Shown: positions 1 through 12,002 of the stretch, piece by piece
Layout: each line of letters starts with the position of its first letter
Position numbering within the stretch: the stretch's first letter is position 1
Assembly (NCBI GenBank): GCA_047495785.1
Contig: JBLDXI010000032.1
Coordinates: 3,410,001 to 3,474,000, forward strand
DNA length: 64,000 bases
Source: Lepidodermella squamata
Taxonomy: Eukaryota > Animalia > Gastrotricha
Reading direction: 5' to 3'
Made by a program: the position numbers and the translations under genes
Notes under the pieces: model-generated
Databases searched by the model: none
What the model was told of the DNA's origin: nothing
Seen by the model: the letters and a program-made list of their open reading frames with translations, nothing else

Positions 1-989
1 TCTTCTTGTGGTTCAAATGTTTCCGTCTGCTTTTTGTGTTCAAAAAAATTGGCCCGATGGTTTTGACGTTATTTGAAATGGTAAAACTATCCTGAATTTT
101 TTCAATCTAATTTCCAAACGAGTATCTTTGTTACAGTTCAATGACGTCATATTTTTCGCAATTCTACATTTCATCATTTTGTTTGCATTCGCCGGTCCAA
201 TCTATGGGTTATCAGCCATGCCGCTGAATCGCGATGGTCACGGCAACACGGACGAATACTTTGCGCTAATGGCCAGTGTTATCTACGATCGATGGTGGAA
301 CATAGTCGGCATATCCCTCGATAGATCCACCAGTTTGGGCGAGACATGCGAAAACGTCATTTCCCCAACAAAAGCCTTCGAAAAAGAGCCCGATAATACT
401 TCCAATTCAACCGGTGTCAATGACACAAACACTTCATTTTTCGCTTTGATGACTACAACCGCTGCCCCGACAGAGGCAAGTGGGAGCTGCGACTACAGGA
501 GCGTTGTATCGAGCATCTTGTTAATGGCCTTCCTCTTGCTCACCAATATAGTTCTGCTGAATATGTTAATCGCTAGTTTCAGTTTTACAATTAGCGAGTA
601 TCAAGGCAAAGCCGAGGAGTTGTGGAAATTCGGCCGATATCACTTGATCCGCAGTTTCGCTGAAAAGCCAGTCATGCCTCCACCTCTGAATATTTTCGAG
701 CTGATTTTCTTCAACTCTAACGTTTTCGGACGATGCATTCCTCATAAATGGAGCACGAGCTTGGGTGAGAAAATGAAAGTAATGAACAAGCCATATTATT
801 GAAATATTTGAATTTTTAGAAACTCATTTTATTGGTGAGTCAGATAGCTTTGATCCTGATCTAACAGGGCGAACAGGTGAACAGGGCGATGAGAGCACTT
901 GGGTCAACAAACGCGAGCTGTCCAAATTCCGATACCGCGAGCTGAATTGTATCGAAAAAACTGCTGCCTCGAAAATTTTGTTAGAATAA
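1..989 (+). CDS. TRPM-family cation channel, 3' end (S4-S5, pore, S6, TRP box, short C-tail); paralogue of 16124-21266, 5' part outside the window
   Basis: Translation NIVLLNMLIASFS..WKFGRYHLI..PVMPPPLNIF is the TRPM S6/TRP-box signature. Nearly identical to 20296-21266. Introns ~81-135 and ~765-819; stop TAA 987-989. Confidence 0.9.
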
Positions 990-1268
990 TTCAGGGTCAT
1001 TAACGTTCGTCAAGTGCTTCTTGCGCATCTGTCTATCATAACTATTTTGTAAACAAAAATCAGCATGAAATTAATAAAGCTCGATTTTTTTTTAACCCGA
1101 TGCAAGAATTTATCAGAATGGCTGATTTTGTTGTTAAAATCTAGAGATTTACATTTTACTCAAAAATTGCCACCGTCAAAATTACCGGGTTGCCTTTCAA
1201 CTTATTTTTAATCTTTTTGCGCCCGGGAGCTCCCTAACCGCTTGGTTGAGAGTGCGCGCTTTCCTTAA

Positions 1269-3319
1269 CCCTTTCCGTGCCGACGTTTTCTCGTCGAGAA
1301 TTTATTCTCTGCAGACAATCAAGCCTTTTCATTAGCTATTTGTATTTCGCAGGTGAAATTCGGTTTTCGGCTTTTGCAATTGTTTACTTAAGCTAGATTC
1401 ACAAATTGCAAAATGTTCGCCGGGCAGAGTGTTCGCCGCGAACAAACGCTTCAGTGCGGCGAACAGATCGTAATCAGGGCGAACAGGGCAAATGTTCGCC
1501 AAAACTGTTCACAAATTCGGTGTGTTCACCGCACTCGCGCGCGACGGAGAACAATGGGCGCGCGCACCGAAACGCACAAAATTTGTTCGCGGCGAACAAA
1601 TTCGTGGATAGAAACGGTTTCTATTTGCAAATGTTCGTCGCTATTGTTCGCCGCGCAGTAAAATGTTCGCCGAAAACTGACCAGGGTGAATACAGTTTTT
1701 TCTCAATTCTACAAATTTTCGATTTTTGTTGTCATATCTTTATTCACGTCACAATTTGGAATATAAACATATATAATTGTATAGGGATCAGGCTCACCCA
1801 TGTGAAAAATTACTGCGAAAATATGTATGACCGGAGAGGCAATATAGGATGAATATTTCACAAGGTCTTCTAAATCTAATTTGATCATTGAATGTAAATT
1901 TGATGTAAATTTGATCATTTTATTGCGTTAATCCCCAATAAAACAGGACTTGGGTTGCCCAGCAACCGCAAACTAAGGTCACGTGAGCTGCCGCGGTAGC
2001 TCAAATTTGTTCGCCGCTATTACGCAACGGGCGCTCCCAGACAATAGCGACCGTGTGCATCAAGCGTGAATGTTTCTCCAAAATAACAATAGTGTTCGGC
2101 GCAAATAGAAACTGTTCGTCCAAAATTTTTCGGCGAACAGTTTCTATTCACGCCGAACATCACGGGTGACTGCACGAACATGTTCGCCGGGATTTTTATT
2201 TGTGAATCTAGCTTTATCCTTTGTGTGAACACCAAGTTCGCGTGATTTTCACGCGAAACAATGCGCGTGTTGCGTGTGTTGCGCAATCCAAAGCCACTCA
2301 TCAATCAGCGGCTTGTGCCGCAGTTTTGACACAATCGCCGCAAAAATTAGTGATTTTACGCGCGTAAATTGTGATGATATTTTTTGCTGAATTTAGGCGA
2401 TCGCATCAAACTTTGATGAAGAAAGTAAAGAAACAACCTTAGAAAACTAAAGATAAAAACCCGCAAAAATATGTAATTACTGTTTCCTCTGCTTTCGCCT
2501 AACATTCAAATAAAGCTTTTGACTGAAAATTATTCGAAGATCTATAATTATTTGAGGAAATTGATGCAAACGCGTAATATTTTACAAATTTCTTGCGTCA
2601 AACGCGGCTCTAATACGCGGACTTGCGTCATAGCGCGTATGAAAGGGTGACTCTTTGGCGCCCGGGTGCTCCCTATCCGCCCGGTTGATTCTCGATTTAT
2701 TTATGTCATTCGATAGCCAAGGGTCTAATTAGACGGCAGGCCACAAGCGCCGTCCAAGAAAAAATCACTAAGCGAGAATCCCGGCGTCGATCGCGGCTCT
2801 ACTACGCGTCATAGCGCAAAACACATTTGCATACATAGGAACAATTTTCGCTATTGCGCCGCCTTTCTAGAATCCTCTTACATTACGCATGCTTTGTGAA
2901 AAAAATTTGAATTTCTGAATTACATCGATCTGAAACACCGCGGCTTTCACAAAAAACGGCCTTCAACAAAAAATTCGACGGCAAAATGTCAGCGCATACT
3001 TTTCGCAAAATTATAGAGAGAGTTTGCGATGCAGTTTTTTCAAGATGCTCATTATCATTTCCTTGACCGCCTTTGTGAATCATGGAAGAGTTTGATTCGC
3101 TTTTCAAGAGATTATTCTTGATGCGCGCCCTCCGAGACGGCGCAACCACCAACGCGAGCGCATCGCTCGAGGACAAATGATTGCGCAACTGTTTGCGCAC
3201 GCACGCGTCCTGCTGTATATAATAATATATACCTGGGTACCACGTATAAAATATATTATTAATAATTTGCTCTTGTTCTCCGCAGAGAAGGACAAAATTG
3301 TCCGTCGGCACTGAAAGGG
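1269..3319. mobile_element. Non-autonomous piggyBac-like DNA transposon
   Basis: TTAA on both sides (1265-1268, 3320-3323). 17-bp TIRs CCCTTTCCGTGCCGACG / CGTCGGCACTGAAAGGG with 1 mismatch. No transposase ORF. Confidence 0.85.
1391..2213. mobile_element. PIF/Harbinger-type MITE nested in the piggyBac element
   Basis: Perfect 16-bp TIR AGCTAGATTCACAAAT / ATTTGTGAATCTAGCT. TTA TSD (1388-1390, 2214-2216). Two subterminal clusters of GTTCGCC/GGCGAAC motifs. Confidence 0.85.
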
Positions 3320-4782
3320 TTAAGCGTATTTAGAAGCATCAGGCTTTTTCACATTACGCTGAAGTGAAGAAAAAGCCTTTTTCAGAAACAGATTTCCCTG
3401 TAGAGTGAACACGTGCTCTGCTGATCGCGAAAAATTCACCGCTACGTTTAAGTTATCTTCTGAGATTTCTCGAGTTCACTTAGCGATGAGAGGGACAATT
3501 CTCTTATGCTTCAAATAACTCCAAAAAATTAGTATAACGTGGCGCCTGATTATCTGCAAGTCGGAATGGCATCTGTGGGACAGTTTTACAACCTGAAATG
3601 CTTCAGTTTGAGCTTCAGTAAGCCACTTGCTCATTTGCCACTGCGTAATTGTCACTGATATTTTGACTTCATGATGCATAGCATAGCATAGCATAGCATT
3701 TTCTTTATTTTATCTTTTCCTTCATTAATTGATCAACAATAACATAACAATAACAATTGAGTTCAAGTACAGAAACGAAGAAACAAAAATGAGAAGGAAA
3801 AATGATAAAATAAAATTCACTCCGGTGTACCCAATTCGCCGGGCGTGATGTAAATTTTGTTCACGGCCAAGCGAACCGAGTTTCGGAGGAGGACCGGTAG
3901 CAAGCTACCTATCCTGATCGTCAACCTCAAAAACTCATCCTTACTCTGATATTTCAATTTCACCAAAATAACTATGAATTTTTTGTCTCCAAGTAGTTCT
4001 ATCCTGGGCCATGGCGTCGGCCTCCTCAAAATTGTTAATCCCTATTTTGTTCAAATGTTTTTTGATGCAATCAATCCACCTTAATTTTGGTCGCCCTCGA
4101 GGTCTACTCCAAGTATCATCCGGCGGCTGCCAGTACCGCATCTGGCTTGCCAGCCTTACGGGGTCCATGCGAGCGACGTGCCCGTACCAGCGAAGTTGCC
4201 GCCTAGCAATTTTGAATGTAAATTGTTCTGAACCACACATATTTCTAATGACCTCATTGCGAATCCTGTCCCTAAGTGTTACTCCGCATATCTTACGCAA
4301 ATAACGCATATAGCCTCGTCGAGTCGCCTCGCATCCTCAGAAGTTAACGTCCAACTTTCGCTGCCATGCATGATAGTCGCATCAACAACGCCCTTTAAAC
4401 ATTTCATTTTTTCTTTAGTCGGGACAGATCGATTGCCAAAAATATATTTCCGCATAGCGCCAAACGCTTTGTTGCCTTTTTCTAAACGAGTCCTTACATC
4501 AGCCTTACACCTGCCGTCAGACGTGATAACACTTCCCAAATATACGAATTCATCAACTTCTTCAATGTACTGCCCGTAGATGGAAAAAGGTACATGTAAA
4601 TTGCAGTCATTTTTATTAACTCTCATGAATTTGGTTTTTGGAACATTAATTTTCAAGCCCAAGTGTCCACACGCCTCAACAAAAATATCTATAATCAATT
4701 GCATTTCCTCCGAATCTTGCGATAATAAAGCAGTATCGTCCGCGAATGCTAGTAACATCAGCCACTCATCGTCAGTTAGGGG

Positions 4783-6237
4783 CAGGGTTGCAAAAACTGT
4801 CCGAGTTGGCGAGCCTGGCTCGTGGGCAGGTTTGGGGAGCTGAACCCACTTTTTGTGGGCAGGCATGGGCAGCAAATATTGTGGTACGCGTGAGCGCTAA
4901 TCGACAGTAAAAGCCGTATTTCAAGTATATCCGTTTAGTTCTCATATTCAACTGCGAACCCACTGAAAATTAACGAGAGAGCAATCACATAACAGAGAGA
5001 TCGATGATCGATAGTGGCGATCGTGGGCAGGCGATCGTTGGCAGGCGATCGTGGGCAACCCTGCCCACATCGAATTTCTGACCAGATAGCTGTACTCAGC
5101 TTGAAAACTTAGTTTCTAGATCGACTGGTCAAAGGCGAATGAAGTGGGAAGATATTTCTATATTGCCCATACAAAAAAAGTATTGTAATTGGCATATGTA
5201 ATTATTAAAAATGATAATTAAAATTTTTAAATAAATCAACTACAAACTTTGCTTGTTTCAAATCAGTAATATGGAAGAAGCGAAACTTCCCGCGCGCCAT
5301 CAAACGATTTTCAGCGCTGCCCACTAACTGATAATGCTCACATTATTCAACATTTTATTCAAAATTAGCTTTTAAATTATTTGCAATAAAAATTCTCATT
5401 CAATGTAAATATGAGTAATACCCAAGTTTTCAACAGTGAGGAATTTCAAAAAACAAATTAGATATTCGGATTCAGCGCAAAAAGTTAGGCTAGATTGCAA
5501 GTTTGCGCATGGCTGTTGTCAAAATTGAGGAAGATTTGACTCGAAAAAGTTTAATCGTATCGGAGCGCGCGCGTGTGTGTGCGTGTGATTGTGCGCGAGC
5601 GCGCTCTCGACTGCGCGCATTTTGCGGGCAGAAAACGTCCACGCATTTGCTAGTGAGCGCGATTTTTGTAGTGCGTGCGCGCACCCACGCACACACTCTC
5701 TCGCGGTGTATTCCATCTCATTTCTCTCCCAATTTTAACGATAATCACGCGCATCTGTGCGCTCTAGCCTAACTTTTTGCGCTGAGTCCGAATATCTAAT
5801 TTGTTTTTTGAAATTCCTCACCGTTAAAAACTTGATTTTTCGAAAAAATCAACAAAACTAAAAAATTTTAATTTTTCCCTCATCAATAGATGGAAATTTA
5901 TTAGTGAAATGTGGCATTATCTAACAACTTTACTATCATTCAATGCAGTTTTAGCCCTATTTTCCCTACCCAAATAACTCTCATTTTCAAAAAATGTTTC
6001 CCGAATATCCCAAAAAATTTCGCTGCGCGGCCGTATTGCCCGCTCGCGAATTCAAAAAGTTCAACCTTTCAATAAGTTTTGTGGCTCTAAATTAATAATT
6101 GCCGGAGAAGCGACTTATTCGTCCACAAACTGACAGATCCTAGTGAAAAAACAGAATGGTGGAAAAAGCAGGGTCGAGTGGGCAGGTGGACCACTAAAAA
6201 TCAGGCTCGTGGGCAGGAAACAGATTTTGCAACCCTG
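4783..6237. mobile_element. Non-autonomous hAT element
   Basis: TIR CAGGGTTGCAAAA / TTTTGCAACCCTG. 8-bp TSD GTTAGGGG (4775-4782, 6238-6245). Subterminal GTGGGCAGG repeats. Removing it rejoins the RT as KTGTPLT-DDEWLMLLAFADD. Confidence 0.9.
5423..5834. repeat. ~72-bp inverted repeat pair around a CG/GT-rich spacer inside the hAT element
   Basis: 5423-5494 is the near-perfect reverse complement of 5763-5834; no TSD seen. Confidence 0.8.
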
Positions 6238-8125
6238 GTTAGGGGGGTACCTGTTTTTTCTAATTTGACTCGCTTGCAAACTACATTAAATACTGCTATA
6301 AATAACAGGGGCGACAATGGGCAGCCTTGTCTCAGTCCCTTGGTCACCCGGAAGGGTTTCGCGCTAACGCCATTTACTCGCACAGTAGCAATGCTATCCC
6401 TGTATAATGCCTTAATATTATCTATAAGATCGCGAGAAACTTCTAGGTCTTCGAGCGCTTTCCAAACTTGATCGCGGTCGACAAAATCGTAAGCCTTTTC
6501 CAGGTCCATAAAAGTTATAAAAATGCTCCTGTTAAATTCAATAATTTTCTCCATTATTTGCCTTAATATGAAGGTGCAGTCACCCGTGCCTTTGTTTTGC
6601 ATAAAACCATGTTGAAATTCTTCCAGTTTTACATTTATTTCATCGCGAAGCCGCTTTTCAAGAATTCGCGCGTAACATTTTGCAACGATACTAATTAGAC
6701 TTATGCCGCGGTAATTATTGCACTTATTTAAATCTCCTTTTTTGGCACTGGGATCAGAATTAAATTCAGAAAATCATCAGGAACGCGTTTTTCAGCCCAA
6801 ATTTTATTGAAGAGAAACTCTAGCCATTCAATTTTCGAATTTTGTAGCGCATTAAGCATTTCTAATCTATTTTCATCGAGACCGGGTGATTTTCTTAATT
6901 TTTCCTTTGAAATTGCGAGCTGAATCTCGTCGCGTGTTATCGGTTTCATGACGCGCGTTTCACATTTACTAATGATGCGTTCATGATGCGTTACTACAAA
7001 TTTGTCACAAATAGTCAAAAATATTAATGACTATTACTTTTTTTTATTTTTTCCCGACCAAGTGTCACTGATTAAAGGTCACTGCTGAAAAGTCTGACGA
7101 CAGTCAGCTTTTGTTAGTTATAATAAATACTAGAACTTCGAAGACAATTCTAATAATTAAAATTTCCTACCTGACCCTGATTCCAGCGGCCTAGATTCGG
7201 AAGGCGCGGATTTCGAATATAATGATGAGAGAATATAACGATGGTCCGGTTGAAAAGCAACCTCTAATTATAAATATAATGCCCGGTATCTATGCCCGGT
7301 ATGATAAGAGAAATTGAATAGGCATTTTAGCATTAGTAGAGGCAGTCCCTCCGAGGCCGTAAAATACCACTTTTCCAACTTTTCTTGCCTCTTTGATTGC
7401 TTATTATCGATAAAGACAGCTAGCACTGGTTCTGGGTTGTATAAAATGCCGAAACGCAGCTTTTATGCTATCAATAAGCCTATTTAGCTTCAACAAAAGT
7501 GTTCACACTACAAAATTTCAACAGCGCTTCAACGCACTTCAACGAGCACACTTTCACTTGCAATATCGGTTTCTCAATTAATTCGTAATGAAAAAGTGTA
7601 TACAAAGCTCTGCGAGTTTCCAGGGCGTCTGTTGTTTCAACCACGCCCTTAGCGCCATCCAAATGCAGCAAATTAGGGCTGATAGTGTCTAAATTAAACA
7701 ATTCTAAATTATTTATAACATTAATATACATTGAACATTACATTCGAGGGATGATGATTTTGAAACTGAGAATGAACTAATTCATTGTCTAAATCACCTA
7801 ATTTTTTGCTAGTCACGAGAAGATTGTCTCGCCTGTGCTCAGCCAATATTTTTATTTTTTTCAACCAGCAGCCAATTCCTCGTCAGTGCTTAAGAAATTA
7901 TTCACTAAATTTGTTGAATCAGTCGCTGTCTCGCCGTTAATCATCCATTTAACCGCCCATTAATAGTAGGATGTCTATATGTAAACAATCGGTCCTAATG
8001 TTGAGGTTTTGACACCGAATGACTAGCAAAGGGCATATCGAGAAGCTCATCTATACTCATTTCATTGTTCAAGTTTTTATCTTCAAGACAAAGACGAAAT
8101 ATTTTCTTTTAACTGTTAATTAATC

Positions 8126-8395
8126 ATGGCAGCTAAGCTTGCATTGGCGATCGTCGTTTTGGTAAGAAGAAGGTCACTCGTACCCTTTATAGCCTAACGT
8201 TATATTTTCTCATAGGCCGTTGTCAATCTCATGGCATCAGCACAAGGCGTAGGAGAGCCATGTACAGGGGGTCCACGCGATGGTCCGTTTTATCAGGGTA
8301 AATGGGCGTTTATGCGTGACGGCGATCTGATATGCCGCAAGTTGGCTGTCGGCCGTGAAGAAGCGCAGCCGGCGGAAGCGGCGCGGTACGTCTAA
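8126..8395 (+). CDS. Small secreted peptide precursor, 71 aa, two exons (not in ORF track)
   Basis: ATG 8126; phase-0 intron 8162-8215 (GTAAGA..CATAG, 54 nt). Product MAAKLALAIVVL/AVVNLMASA-QGVGEPCTGGPRDGPFYQGKWAFMRDGDLICRKLAVGREEAQPAEAARYV*, with a typical signal peptide. Confidence 0.6.
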
Positions 8396-8759
8396 CCGTG
8401 TAGTCATAAATGGTGTCAAAGACAAAGACTGTAGTCAGTTTTTGTTGTGAGCTGGAGTCACAGGCGATTGAAAAAGGCTGCTGGCTGGGATGAGGAGAGA
8501 GCAGACGCTTACATGTCGATTAGTGATGTAGTTACAATACATGTAGTTACAATAAAAATGAATGCTACAGCAGTGGAAAGTTATTAATCCGCAGTGTTGT
8601 TGATTAACACGTTTTTCAGCCACGGGTAACTCAAATGACATTCAAAGGTGAATTTCCGAACTAGTCGGGGAAAGTCTCATTATAACTGACTGCTACATAC
8701 TGTCAGGTATTCCTTCAACAATATATATCGATTTAAATAATTAGTGAAGCCCATAGAGA

Positions 8760-11700
8760 GCGGAGTGGAGCCAAATTTTTCAACGCTGCGAAAAGTTTTG
8801 CCTTCACCAAAGCGCGTGTTCAGACTGCGCGCTAAGTGAAGAGTGCAAAATAAGCTTCAATTCACTTCACTTTCCTGAAGTGTGAAAAAGCCCAAAGATT
8901 CATATAAATATAAGATCATATAAGAAGACTCCTGAGCAAAAGAAGTGAGTAATTCGATGAAACTGATCCTGTAACTACCTGTATGTCATCGTTTCTAGGC
9001 TAATATCACGTTATGGAATTGTTGTTGCTGGCGGGGTCGAAAGACTGACGAAAGTTTTGAAGGGCGAAGGCCAGAGACCTAAGTTCATGGGGACGGTAGA
9101 TCAAGTCTTTGATGTTATTTGGAAGACCCACATCGACCTTGGTCATGGCGGCCAAAACATGGTATGGAGGACCTGTTCAAATGGATGGTACAATGTGTCC
9201 CAGGAAGCAGTGAAATTCGTCTTGGCTCGTTGTGAAATTTGTGCAGCCAAACACCGTCCAGTGGTCCGAGGTGTTGTTGTCAAGCCAGTTCGTACTCGAT
9301 GTGTCGGCGATCGAGGGCAAGTGGACTTGATGGACTACCAGCCGGTGAAATTTACTGTCAAGGAGGGTGCTAAAGTGCTTTTCACGTACAACTGGATTCT
9401 GGTCTACCAAGATCATTATTCGAAATTCGTCTTTGTTCGACCGATTGAGACTAAACTTGTATGCTGCGAAGCCCCGCAACAGCTGCCCGGCAGAAGTAAT
9501 ACCTCAGCAGCTGATGAAGAAGGTCTACATGGAGGAAGACCTCGGCCAGGCCGTTTTGCCTCAACTCGACGACCAGGATGACAAGGAAAATGAGGAGGAA
9601 TCGATCGAAAGTCGCCGAGCTGACGTAGACAAGGCCGCCTCTGAAGGCCAGCAGAAAGCGGCTGAGAAGATGGTTGAGAATGCCGCTTGTTTGGCGCCGA
9701 TAGCCAAGGTTGGCGACACCGTTTCATTGCTTGTTGACAAGGTCGACCGTGGGCCGGGTGATCTGCCGTGCCTGGTGTGCGTTTGCATGGAGGTGTTTGA
9801 GGATGGCAGCGTGAGTCTGGGTACCAGAAACGGTCGTCTGGAGGGTCGCTATTTCTCAAACTGCTACAAGATTGCCAGCGCTAAGGCATGAGACGTAGGT
9901 AGGACGCCGCAGCTTGAACCCCGCCATGCAAACGGGGGTGTCATGCTAGTCTCATGCATGAATATTCAAGAATATTCTTATACTGTAAAAATTAAAATTT
10001 CAGGGTTTAAAAAGAAAAGAAAATTGAATAATCCCTGAAATTTTTATAAATTAAAGCGGGGTCAATTTCAAAAAGGAGAAGAAATGTTCCGGTTCCATAG
10101 TTACCAAGCTGGATCCAGGTTCCAGCCTCGGAGAAGATTTCGAAGTTTCTGAATAAGCCACGGAAAGGTCTAGGCCGGATTCAGTTTTCAGGATTTCCTG
10201 ATTAAAATCTAGGAAACGATTCAATTTTCATTAAAATGCGAAAACTTTATGTATGTTGCGCAACTTGAAGAGAGAACACAGCTTGAGTAAAAGTGTTAGT
10301 TCTCATTTTAGTACAATAATTTTCGTCTTTTTCTACTCGAAATCCGAGCGTAATAAAGCCTCTTTTAAGGCTGACTGGTGTAAATTCCGACCCGGGTGTT
10401 ACATGGCTGGTTCTTATACAAGTTTTGGTCAAAATCACCGGCCTTTGCCATTCTTACCGTAGCTGATGTTACTGGCACTTTTACCGACGACTTTCTTGAA
10501 AGAATCTAGTGATTTATCGATGGATTCTGGTAATCATTCTTGAACCGAAGTTGGCCTACTTGACAAGTTCCAGTTCACTTTGTTCCTCTGCTGGGCTTCA
10601 TTTTTCACCATCTAAATTGATAGAGCGAGCTGGAATGGACCTGAACTTGGCCCTGGTCACGTTAAAATTCGATTTATTTAGATTTTTTATCAATTTATTT
10701 ACTTGAAATTTTTTGATGGAAAATGTTCTGTAGGCGGGAGCTTCTGCCGGATTTTTCAATTTTACCTGGTCCTATTTTCAATTTAGAAGGAAATTTATTG
10801 AAGTTGGAACTGAAGAAGATTCAAGAATGAGAGGGTTCCTCTCAGTTATTGTCGTGGCAATTGTCCTTGCAAACTCTCGTCTGGAGTTATTGGATGACAG
10901 CCTGCTATTGAATTTACTATCGTCAACCTTCGACTGGTCAATTTACTTTGCTAAATTACCAGCGACGTTGTGGCCATCATTAAGGTGGCTCTTTCAGCGA
11001 AGTACCGTGCAGATTTGATTACTTTCAAAAAGCTGGATCATGTGGCAAATCGTATGGGCGGCGAGTTGAACAAAATCAAAGAAAAATCGATCATTCTCCC
11101 GACTTTATGCCGCCTCAAATACATCTTGGCACGGAGAACCGTGAGATTTTATCGCGAAAAATTTGGAGCATCCTCCTTATCACTGCGTTCAAGTCTCAAG
11201 CAATTCAAAAAAGACTAATTATTTTCCGTTTTATTTTTGACGATTTTCGTCCGATTTGCTCAGCTTTACCCTTGTGATAGTGAAAATATTTACCGAAGCA
11301 ATAAAAATCATTATTTTCTAAAATTGATCTATGGTTTCATCTTTTTAATCGTGGCATTTTTTTTCATCTTTTCACTTGCAAAGTAGCAATTTGCATGAAA
11401 GACTCTTTTTTTCTCGAAATTTCATCACAACATCTGGCGCCAAAAGATAATGAGATGATTCATCTCATTATTTTCAAAACGCGACCTTCGACCTCATTAT
11501 CTCTCATTTCACTTTTTTCTCGTAAAAAGCCCAGCTGCGGCGTCCTAGCTACGTCTCATGCGCTAAGGTGCTATCAGTCGACGACGTGCCTGACGTTAAG
11601 ATCAAGTCCCTACGCACTGCCAATGGCAACGCTTCCTTATTTGGTGCGCAAGGACACCTTCATTGCAATTGCAAAGGTGGCTGCAACCTGACCGGTAAGG

Positions 11701-11992
11701 GCGCTAATTGCAAATGCCGGAAAAGCGGCGTCAAATGCAACAGCAGATGCCACCCTGGCTCTTCAAAATGTACCAACCACGATTAACTACTGGCTTTGTC
11801 ATTTTTCGCACTCTGCGACTAATAAAATAGATGTTGTTTGGTTCTTGGCTCACTTTACATATCTAAAGTTAACATTACATGGTATAAATGCATCTAACAT
11901 TATGTGAACATTACATATCTAGAGTCGACATTACATAGGCATCACTATATAAAGTTAACATTACATAAAAATCGACATTATATTATACGACA
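8760..11992 (+). mobile_element. Defective Ginger2-like (KRBA2/SCAND3-type integrase) DNA transposon; left end not defined
   Basis: HHCC zinc finger (HIDLGHGG..CEIC) and RGQVDLMD..WILVYQDHYSKF. C-terminal CNCKGGC..CKCRK..CNSRCH motif at 11568-11786. Intron 8945-8998. Integrase core deleted after RPIETK (~9455). ACATTACAT repeats and an ..ACA end at 11992. Confidence 0.75.
9887..11560. mobile_element. Non-autonomous TIR element with CATG termini and 8-bp TSD (P-element-like or hAT) inserted in the integrase ORF
   Basis: 28-bp TIR 9887-9914 / 11533-11560 with 1 mismatch. TSD CGCTAAGG at 9879-9886 and 11561-11568. Removal restores the frame KIASAK-VLSVDDVP. Confidence 0.88.
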
Positions 11993-12002
11993 TATATATA
12001 CA

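Larger units (their letters stand above)
3678..6979 (-). mobile_element. 5'-truncated, frameshifted RTE-clade non-LTR retrotransposon interrupted by a hAT element
   Basis: RT motifs DLEKAYD, GLRQGCPLSP, FADD, FVYLGS and the RTE C-terminus RRQLRWYGHVARM..RPRGRPKLRW..AQDRTTWR. (ATGCT)n tail at 3676-3699. 10-bp TSD TTCATGATGC at 3668-3677 and 6980-6989. Frameshifts near 4305 and 6730. Confidence 0.9.

Noticed and set aside
1406-3311. ORFs within 1406-3311 and the GTTCGCC arrays as possible genes or a CRISPR-like array
   Set aside because: They lie within MITEs; the motifs are irregularly spaced, in both orientations, with no repeat-spacer periodicity.
7150-7731. Coding-like minus-strand stretch
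   Set aside because: Multiple stops and no recognisable family.
6993-8437. Weak inverted similarity (ACTACA..TTTGTC / GACAAA..TGTAGT) suggesting a Pack-type element around the peptide gene
   Set aside because: Too degenerate; no TSD and no true CACTA ends.
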